Source: Haliotis cracherodii (Eukaryota). Taken from it: DNA of 64,000 nt. Every line of letters begins with the position of its first letter. Position 1 is the stretch's first letter. This document shows, in pieces, positions 54,703 through 64,000 of the stretch. A program made the position numbers and the translations under genes. Under the pieces are notes generated by a model. That model saw only the letters and a program-made list of their open reading frames with translations. It was not told the origin of the DNA and searched no databases. The stretch is taken from NCBI RefSeq assembly GCF_022045235.1, contig NW_027266290.1, positions 2,542,001 through 2,606,000 of the forward strand, in the 5' to 3' direction.

Positions 54703-55921
54703 TCAAGCGTCCATCTTGCGAGCACGGAACACACTCCTGAAGAAGCCGGTCACACGAGATCTGATGGTTCTCACAGTGGACTGGGGCTGTGTGACTTCCT
54801 CGTGGAGGTCAATCTCTTCGAAGTGGGAGGCATCGGGGAGGGTGGGGCTGGTGAGGGACACGGAGGTGGACACGGGGGTAGGGGTGTGGGAGGCAGGCAG
54901 TTCAGACAGGGGGTCAAGGATGGTGAAGTATCGGCACGTAGCACGCTGATAGGAAGGTGGAGAAGGATTTATAGACAGAGATAGAAAGTGGTGGACGTGT
55001 ATGTTACAAGCAGCATTGGATGAGTGTTATGCTGTTAGAGAAATGTGAGAGGAAGACACAATGAACAGAACTGCCTGGTGTCACTAGCTATCGATAGTAC
55101 TTATTACGTATGTCAAGAATACAAATCTCAGGCAAACATTGTGTTAAAAATACATGCACTTAGATGAAATAAAATAGTCAACAAACATGATGTTATTATT
55201 CCCGATTCAACCTACTTGGCGGGGAGGGGCCCAGATATCAAAGTTCAGGGGGAATCTGATGATCAGATCTACAGGTGCAACAGCAAAGAAGAAAGACATA
55301 TAAAAAAGTTGTTTTTTAAATATCCGAAATTTAGCTTTCAAAACATGCTGTAAATAACGCCGTGAGTGGTGATTTAGTAATGTGGAAAACATGGCGACAT
55401 TTACGATTTACCTAATTTTCAGAGGTCATTTTCAGTACTTTTGCTTAGCCTAAAATGCCAGTGTAAGGTATCACAGAAAAGGGGATTTCCCACATTATTC
55501 AAAATTGTGAAGTGTTTCTGTGTGCGTGATGTATTTTGAATTTTATTCGACTTCAAAGTGGGGGTTGAAGAGGAGGGACATATACATGTCCCTCTGGCAT
55601 TCAGGGGGTTAAATATTTGATCTTATTTGTTTTCAAAATTTCGCTCGCGAATACTTCGCGGATGATCACTAGCAGTTCTATGCATGGGAACGTTCAATGC
55701 TTTCATGAAACAAAGTCTGAGAAAACCAAAACGGCAACAGCGCCAGCTCAAAAAACTACAAAACACAATCGAAATGGTATTGAAATTAAACAAACCTGTT
55801 CGAGTTGGGCTACTATGCATTGATTAAAACAAAGAAATAAGGGTGTAATGAGACGAAATGTCCGAACCAATGAGACCTAGATACCTTTATCGTACTGGTT
55901 CATATTAGCGTAGGTTGACAT
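54703..55921 (-). CDS. Putative novel 110-aa protein, copy 3; exons 55921-55885, 55268-55216, 54945-54703
   Basis: Intact; synonymous TCT>TCA and TTG>CTG changes. Confidence 0.72.
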
Positions 55922-57332
55922 GATCCCAATACAACGTAGACAAGTGATGAATACTGAGTGTGACAAGTTCAGTGACAGCAATGGCGATGACCGTTTAGAT
56001 CAAGAGTAAATCGTCGTCAAGGCGACGTCATGAATCTCGCGAGAAAATAGTAGAATCTCGTAGCCGCCCAGATGAAACACTCTCAACCCTCTGAGCAGAT
56101 AGAGATATCAAACCTGACACATGTCGCATTTATGTACGAACACCAGCATTTATTACTCAAAATAAACTTTATACGACCCCCTTGTCAAAGGGGGGTTACT
56201 CTAATCCTGTGAGATCGCCGAATGAAGTTACGCCCCTTCGATGTTTTGCAAATGTTGAAAGAGTGTCCACCCCTCCCCTTTAAAAATGCTGGATCCACCC
56301 TTGGAATACAGGAACTACATAAATAAAATTAGTACTTAAAATTTTAGGTAATACTGTCAGGAAATGAGATTCTGAATGGTGGGATAATACTTTTCTGGGC
56401 ACTACGACTATCACGTTACACCTGTGGAACGATTCTTCGAGCGATAGGATGGTTTCAGTAGTTATACGTATCGATACAACACAAGCGCCAAATTCGCCGT
56501 ACTATACGTCCTGCTCCAGTTAGTAAATCTGTAAATAATCTTTGTAAGCGCACCCTACTAAGACCGAAAAGGTAATAACAGTCTGTATTTCATGAGTATA
56601 TTAGATATATTTACAGAACACGGAATCTTAGAAGTGCTATATAATTACCTGGTTTTGAACTATTATAGAAACATTATTAAGGTTTAATGACGTTTGAGCT
56701 AAGATTTTTTCAAAGCCGCTCTATCCCTGAATATAAATTTAACTCGTTTTTATGGTTTTAATAAGCGTCCCAGTTTGTCAAATTGCCGGCCAAGTGGTCT
56801 TATTAAGGCGAATACGGCCATTATATGATGGACATGTCAAATGGTATGAACATAAAGTATAAAATGTTTTTTTCTGCTTGTAAGTAGAAGCGTCTCAAAC
56901 GACGTTCTTAATTAATTGTCTCAAATCGACTGAGTATATTTCAGTTGGTCTATAATTCACTTAATATTTCTTTAACATGTCAAGTGTCAAATTTACATGT
57001 ATGGTGTTGTGTCACATATCGCGACTTTACAATTTGACTTTACACGCTAGGTGTCCTGAATCAATGTGTTGTTATCTGAGAGAGAAACAAATACACCACC
57101 CGAAACAATAACCGAAACATTACCTTTGTCTCCAACAGTCCAAGGCTTCCATTACCGTCTACCTTGGGCCTAGGTGAGCTTATGAAAAATAAACAAAGTT
57201 TAATTGGAAAGATAAACAGATTTAATTAGCGCAAGCACAAAACCAGAAGAGCCAAATATATTGTCCAAAAAATGTCTAAAATGTAAAGAGCACTGTGATC
57301 TAAATAAGACAATGTCACCAGATGTCACTGAT

Positions 57333-58546
57333 TCAAGCGTCCATCTTGCGAGCACGGAACACACTCCTGAAGAAGCCGGTCACACGAGATCTGATGGTTC
57401 TCACAGTGGACTGGGGCTGTGTGACTTCCTCGTGGAGGTCAATCTCTTCGAAGTGGGAGGCATCGGGGAGGGTGGGGCTGGTGAGGGACACGGAGGTGGA
57501 CACGGAGTTAGGGGTGTGGGAGGCGGGCAGTTCAGACAGGGGGTCAAGGATGGTGAAGTATCGGCACGTAGCACGCTGATAGGAAGGTGGAGAAGTATTT
57601 ATAGACAGAGATAGAAAGTGGTGGACGTGTATGTTACAAGCAGCATTGGATGGGTGTTATGCTGTTAGAGAAATGTGAGAGGAAGACACAATGAACAGAA
57701 CGGCCTGGTGTCACTAGCTATCGATAGTAGTTATTACGTATGTCAAGAATACAAATCTCAGGCAAACATTGTGTTAAAAATACATGCACTTAGATGAAAT
57801 AAAATAGTCAACAAACATGATGTTATTATTCCCGATTCAACCTACTTGGCGGGGAGGGGCCCAGATATCAAAGTTCAGGGGGAATCTGATGATCAGATCT
57901 ACAGGTGCAACAGCAAAGAAGAAAGACATATAAAAAAAGTTGTTTTTTTAAATATCCGAAATTTAGCTTCAAAAAATGCTGTAAATAACGCAGTGAGTGG
58001 TCATTTAGTAATATGCAAAAAATGGCGACATTTACGATTTACCTAATTTTCAGAGGTCATTTTTAGTACTTTTGCTTGGCCTAAAATGCCAGTGAAAGGT
58101 ATCACAGAAAAGGGAATTTCCTACATTATTCAAAACTGTGAAGTGTTTATGTGTGTGTGATGTATTTTGAATTTTATTCGACTTCAAAGTGGGGGTTGAA
58201 GAGAAGGGACATATATGTCCCTCTGGCATTCAGGGGGTTATTTGATCTTATTTGTTTTCAAAATTTCGCTCGCGAATACTTCGCAGATGATCACTAGCAG
58301 TTCTATGCATGGGAACGTTCAATGCTTTCATGAAACAAAGCCTGAGAAAACCAAAACGGCAACATCGCCAGCTCAAAAACCTACAAAACACAATCGAAAT
58401 GTTATTGAAATTAAACAAATCTGTTCGAGTTGGGCTACTATGCATTGATTAAAACAAAGAAATAAGGGTGTAATGAGACGAAATGTCCGAACCAATGAGA
58501 CCTAGATACCTTTATCGTACTGGTTCATATTAGCGTAGGTAGACAT
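57333..58546 (-). CDS. Putative novel 110-aa protein, copy 4; exons 58546-58510, 57898-57846, 57575-57333
   Basis: Intact; TP>NS change in the Pro/Thr/Ser linker. Confidence 0.72.
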
Positions 58547-59946
58547 GATCCCAATACAACGTAGACAAGTGATGAATACTGAGTGTGACAAGTTCAGTGA
58601 CAGCAATGGCGATGACCGTTTAGATCAAGAGTGAATCGTCGTCAAGGCGACGTCATGAATCTCGCGAGAAAGTAGTAGAATCTCGTAGCCGCCCAGATGA
58701 AACACTCTCAACCCTCTGAGCAGATAGAGATATCAAACCTGACACATGTCGCATTTATGTACGAACACCAGCATTTATTACTCAAAATAAACTTTATACG
58801 ACCCCCTTGTCAAAGGGGGGTTACTCTAATCCTGTGAGATCGCCAAATGAAGTTACGCCCCCTCGATGTTTTGCAAATGTTGAAAGAGTGTCCACCCCTG
58901 CCCTTTAAAAATGGTGGATCCACCCTTGGAATACAGGAACTACATAAATAAAATTAGTACTTAAAATTTTAGGTAATACTGTCAGGAAATGAGATTCTGA
59001 ATGGTGGGATAATACTTTTCTGGGCACGTTACACCTGTGGAACGATTCTTCGAGCGATACGATTGTATCAGTAGGTTATACGTATCGATACAACACAAGT
59101 GCCAAATTCGCCGTATTATACGTCCTGCTCTAGTTAGTAAATCTGTAAATAATCTTTGTAAGCGCACCCTACTAAGACCGAAAAGGTAGTAACAGTCTGT
59201 ATTTCATGAGTATATTAGATATATTTACAGAACACGGAATCTTAGAAGGGCTATATAATTACCTGGATTTGAACTATTATAGAAACATTTTAAAGGTTTA
59301 ATGACGTTTGAGCTAAGATTTTTTCAATGCCGCTCTATCCCTGAATATAAATTTAACTCGTTTTTATGGTTTTAATAAGCGTCCCAGTTTGTCAAATTGC
59401 CGGCCAAGTGGTCTTATTAAGGCGAATACGGCCATTATATGATGGACATGTCAAATGGTATGAACATAAAGTATAAAATGTTATTTTCTGCTTGTAAGTA
59501 GAAGCGTTTCAAACGACGTTCTTAATTAATTGTCTCAAATCGACTGAGTATGTTTCAGTTGGTTTATAATTCATTTAATATTTCTTTAACATGTCAAGTG
59601 TCGAATTTACATGTATGGTGTTGTGTCTTATATCGCGACTTTACAATTTGACTTAACACGCTCGGTGTCCTGAATCAATGTGTTGTTATCTGAGAGAGAA
59701 ACAAATACACCACCCGAAACAATAACCGAAACATTACCTTTGTCTCCAACAGTCCAAGGCTTCCATTACCGTCTACCTTGGGCCTAGGCGAGCTTATGAA
59801 AAATGAACAAAGGTTTAATTTGAAAGATAAACAGATTTAATTAGCGCAAGCACAAAACCAGAAAAGCCACATATTTTGTCCAAAAATGTCTAAAATGTAG
59901 AGAGCACTGTGATCTAAATAAGACAATGTCACCAGATGTCACTGAT

Positions 59947-61167
59947 TCAAGCGTCCATCTTGCGAGCACGGAACACACTCCTGAAGAAGCCGGTCACACG
60001 AGATCTGATGGTTCTCACAGTGGACTGGGGCTGTGTGACTTCCTCGTGGAGGTCAATCTCTTCGAAGTGGGAGGCATCGGGGAGGGTGGGGCTGGTGAGG
60101 GACACGGAGGTGGACACGGGGGTAGGGGTGTGGGAGGCAGGCAGTTCAGACAGGGGGTCAAGGATGGTGAAGTATCGGCACGTAGCCCGCTGATAGGAAG
60201 GTGGAGAAGTATTTATAGACAGAGATAGAAAGTGGTGGACGTGTATGTTACAAGCAGCATTGGATGAGTGTTATGCTGTTAGAGAAATGTGAGAGGAAGA
60301 CACAATGAACAGAACGGCCTGGTGTCACTAGCTATCGATAGTAGTTATTACCTACCATGGTGTCAAGAATACAAATCTCAGGTAAAAGTTGTGTTAAAAA
60401 TACATGCACTTAGATGAAATAAAATAGTCAACAAACATGATGTTATTATTCCCGATTCAACCTACTTGGCGGGGAGGGGCCCAGATATCAAAGTTCAGGG
60501 GGAATCTGATGATCAGATCTACAGGTGCAACAGCAAAGAAGAAAGACATATAAAAAAGTTGGGTTTTTTAAATATCCGAAATTTAGCTTTCAAAACATGC
60601 TGTAAATAACGCAGTGAGTGGTCATTTAGTAATGTGTAAAAAATGGCGACATTTACGATTTACCTAATTTTCAGAGGTCATTTTCAGTACTTTTGCTTGG
60701 CCTAAAATGCCAGTGAAAGGTATCACAGAAAAGGGAATTTCCCACATTATTCAAAACTGTGAAGTGTTTCTGTGTGTGTGATGTATTTTGAATTTTATTC
60801 GACTTCAAAGTGGGGGTTGAAGAGGAGTGACATATATGTCCCTCTGGCATCCAGGGGGTTATTTGATCTTTTTTGTTTTCAAAATTTCGCTCGCGAATAC
60901 TTCGCGGATGATCACTAGCAGTTCTATGCATGGGAACGTTCAATGCTTTCATGAAACAAAGCCTGAGAAAACCAAAACGGCAACATCGCCAGCTCAAAAA
61001 CCTACAAAACACAATCGAAATGTTATTGAAACTAAACAAATCTGTTCGAGTTGGGCTACTATGCATTGATTAAAACAAAGAAATAAGGGTGTAATGAGAC
61101 GAAATGTCCGAACCAATGAGACCTAGATACCTTTATCGTACTGGTTCATATTAGCGTAGGTAGACAT
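59947..61167 (-). CDS. Putative novel 110-aa protein, copy 5; exons 61167-61131, 60518-60466, 60189-59947
   Basis: Intact; synonymous CGT>CGG; head-to-head with tRNase Z. Confidence 0.72.
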
Positions 61168-61280
61168 GATCCCAATACAACGTAGACAAGTGATGAATAC
61201 TGAGTGTGACAAGTTCAGTGACAGCAATGGTGATGACCGTTTAGATCAAGAGTGAATCGTCGTCAAGGCGACGTCATGAA

Positions 61281-61290
61281 TCTCGCGAGA
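61281..61290. promoter_or_regulatory. TCTCGCGAGA palindrome (BANP/ZBTB33-type promoter motif), next to a CRE-like catgacgtcg on the - strand; candidate bidirectional promoter
   Basis: Exact palindrome 114 bp upstream of the orphan ATG (-) and about 350 bp upstream of the tRNase Z ATG (+); repeated at 48733, 52383, 56035, 58660. Confidence 0.65.
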
Positions 61291-61640
61291 ATGTAGTAGA
61301 ATCTCGTAGCCGTCTAGATGAAACACTCTCAACCCTCTGAGCAGATGGAGATATCAAACCTGACACATGTCGCATTTCTGTACGAACACCAGCATTTATT
61401 ACTCAAAATAAACTTTATACGACCCCCTTGTCAAAGGGGGGTTACTCTATTCCTGTGAGATCGCCAAATAGAGTTACGCCCCCTCGATGTTTCGCAAAGT
61501 TGAAAGAGTCTCGTTGAAAGTCAATGAAATCGATTAGGTCTGTGATGCAATCATGTTACAAGGGTTTGTTCATTTCAACCTCCCGAACGGTAAGGTTGTC
61601 ATATTTTCCAGTGTGCCGGAGACACTTCATTAGAAGGAGA

Positions 61641-61807
61641 ATGGATGACATTCAGAAATGGATCCAGTGTGGACGATACCGGGTGTTCGCCTGGTCCATA
61701 GCAGGCATGGAGACGAGCGTTGTGGTGAAATCCAACGATCTGGAGGTGGCCTTTGACATGGGTTACTCATCTAGAGAGAGCATCAGGTGCAGAGATGTAT
61801 TCATCAG
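61641..61807 (+). CDS. Short-form tRNase Z (TM-type/plant TRZ1-like) metallo-beta-lactamase, first coding exon
   Basis: SIAGMET...VAFDMG resembles TRZ1 SIGGHET...IAFDIG; donor AG|gtaatc. Confidence 0.82.
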
Positions 61808-62283
61808 GTAATCCGGTAGTCAACTTTAGAGCGTCAGTTACAGGGATGTATTCATCAGGTAGTCAAATTGAGAGCATCAGGTGCAGAGATGTATTCATCA
61901 GGTAATCCGGTTGTCAACTTTAGAGCGTCAGTTACAGGGATGTATTCATCAGGTAGTCAAATTGAGAGCATCAGGTGCAGAGATGTATTCATCAGGTAAT
62001 CCGGTTGTCAACTTTAGAGCATCAGTTACAGGGATGTATTCATCAGGTAATCACCTTGGAAGCAACGGTTACAGGGATCTGTTAATCCGGTAGTCAACTT
62101 GAGAGCCAACTTCAGTTACATGGATGTATTCATCAAGTAGTCAAATTGAGAGCATCAGTTACAGGGATGTATTCATCAGGTAGTCAAATTGAGAGCGTCA
62201 GTTACAGGGATGTATTAATCCGAAAAAGTCAACTTGAGAGCATCAATTACAGGGATGTATTCATCAGGTAGTCAACTTGAGAG
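61776..62283. repeat. Minisatellite reiterating the tRNase Z exon 1/intron 1 junction
   Basis: agagcatcaggtgcagagatgtattcatcaggtaatccgg and agagc(g/a)tcagttacagggatgtattcatcaggtagtc units. Confidence 0.88.
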
Positions 62284-62539
62284 AGTTATTATTGGTAGTT
62301 TGCAAGTGACCATGTGAGTTTGATTTAATTGATTTCCGTACCATGGTAAAATAAAAATAAAGTGCCGTTTTTGCCAGGCAGTAGTAGCTGTTTTCCCTTT
62401 TGGCTAGAGGACGTTTTCGCAAATTGGTGTCATTTTCACTTGGTGAAGTTTTGCTGAGATGCCATATTAGCTGTACGCCAGATATAATACCCTACACTAA
62501 TGAGGATGCCATAACTGACCCAGGGATGTTTGTGTTCAG

Positions 62540-62747
62540 CCACGGTCACATGGACCACATCGCGGCACTGCCTCACCACGCCGCCAAGCGAAGTCTGTTC
62601 AGTCTTCCCCGCCCTAACTACTACGTCCCCGCACACCTCCCTGACCTCATCCAATCTGTTGCCCAAGGATACAAGAGTATAGATGAGACGACCACAGCGC
62701 TGACCAACATGAGCATTGTGCCGCTCGGTCCAGATGATGTCGCCAAG
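62540..62747 (+). CDS. tRNase Z (TRZ1-like) exon 2 with HxHxDH motif (SHGHMDHIAALPHHAAKRSLFSLPRPNYYVP); gene continues past the window
   Basis: gttcag acceptor in phase 2; HGHMDH metal-binding motif; donor AAG|gtgaga. Confidence 0.88.
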
Positions 62748-63104
62748 GTGAGAGTGTTTTACTGAAACATATGGTTGTATTACTTATATTTCTTTCTATA
62801 TTATAACTGTATGCCTTTTTTTGGTTGAGTCCCGTCCGGTGTTCGAACCCACACTGCTAGAGTGAAGCACCTAATTGCCAGCGCACAAAGTCAGCGATCT
62901 AACCCACTCAGCCACCGAGGCTTCCACAAAAATGAAGTCTGACAACTGGTAATCTAGATCACATACTTTGTGTACCCCTCTGACAAGTGTAAATTGGCAT
63001 AGCCAAAAGCTATGAACACACAATGCCATTTAGAAAGTGGTCAACTGTAACAACTGTTATATTTGGGATAACACTTTCTTAGTAAAGTACAGATTCTCGT
63101 ACTT

Positions 63105-64000
63105 TTCCTGTATGTCTACATGTCTATATACTGGTGGAAACAGTTCCTGTATGTCTACATGTCTATATACTGGTGGGAAACAGTTCCTGTATGTCTACAT
63201 GTCTATATACTGGTGGGAAACAGTTCCTGTATGTCTACATGTCTATATACTGGTGGGAAACAGTTCCTGCATGTCTACATGTCTATATACTGGTGGGAAA
63301 CAGTTCCAGTATGTCTACATGTCTATATACTGGTTGGAAACAGTTCCTATATGTCTACATGTCTATATACTGGTTGGAAACAGTTCCTGTATGTCTACAT
63401 GTCTATATACTGGTGGGAAACAGTTCTTGTATGTCTGCATGTCTATATACTGGTGGGAAACAGTTCTTGTATGTCTACATGTCTATATACTGGTGGGAAA
63501 CAGTTCCTATATGTCTACATGTCTGTATATACTGGTGGGAAACAGTTCTTGTATGTCTACATGTCTATATACTGGTGGGAAACAGTTCTTGTATGTCTAC
63601 ATGTCTATATACTGGTGGGAAACAGTTCTTGTATGTCTACATGTCTATATACTGGTGGAAAACAGTTCCTATATGTCTACATGTCTATATACTGGTGGGA
63701 AACAGTTCCTGTATGTCTACCTGTCTATATACTGGTGGGAAACAGTTCCTGTATGTCTACATGTCTATATACTGGTGGGAAACAGTTCTTGTATGTCTAC
63801 ATGTCTATATACTGGTGGGAAACAGTTCCTGTATGTCTACATGTCTATATACTGGTGGAAAACAGTTCCTATATGTCTACATGTCTATATACTGGTTGGA
63901 AACAGTTCTTGTATGTCTACATGTCTATATACTGGTGGGAAACAGTTCCTGTATGTCTAGGTGTCTATATAATGGTGGGAAACAGTTCCAGTATGTCTAC
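63105..64000. repeat. 40-bp minisatellite running off the window end
   Basis: cagttcctgtatgtctacatgtctatatactggtgggaaa. Confidence 0.96.

Larger units (their letters stand above)
45446..61510. repeat. Tandem segmental array of 5 near-identical units (marker spacings 3652, 3651, 2630, 2614 bp)
   Basis: Marker atgtcaccagatgtcactg at 47379, 51031, 54682, 57312, 59926; units are colinear. Confidence 0.97.

Noticed and set aside
62823-62925. - strand tRNA-like sequence
   Set aside because: A/B boxes present but no convincing cloverleaf; most likely another SINE head
63037-63960. 307-aa Cys/Tyr-rich ORF
   Set aside because: Read-through of a 40-bp intronic minisatellite cycling through three frames; not a credible protein

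Overview
Eukaryotic (animal) genomic DNA, intron-rich and full of SINEs, MITEs and minisatellites. The repeat types suggest a mollusc, possibly a gastropod such as abalone (inference). The window holds: (1) 20 coding exons of a + strand BCR/ABR-like RhoGEF(DH)-PH-C2-RhoGAP gene (4941-28035, 5' end outside the window); (2) a convergent three-exon SNAP29 gene on the - strand (43766-40577); (3) a ~16 kb tandem array of five 2.6-3.65 kb units (about 45446-61510); (4) the first two exons of a short TM/plant-TRZ1-type tRNase Z on the + strand (61641 onward). The main finding is that each array unit carries an intact three-exon - strand gene that the ORF track does not assemble. It encodes a 110-aa orphan protein (MSTYANMNQYDKDLIIRFPLNFDIWAPPRQRATCRYF...FEEIDL...RVTGFFRSVFRARKMDA), with canonical phase-compatible splice sites, an excess of synonymous differences between copies, and its own TCTCGCGAGA promoter motif. 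In the last copy that promoter sits head-to-head with the tRNase Z gene.
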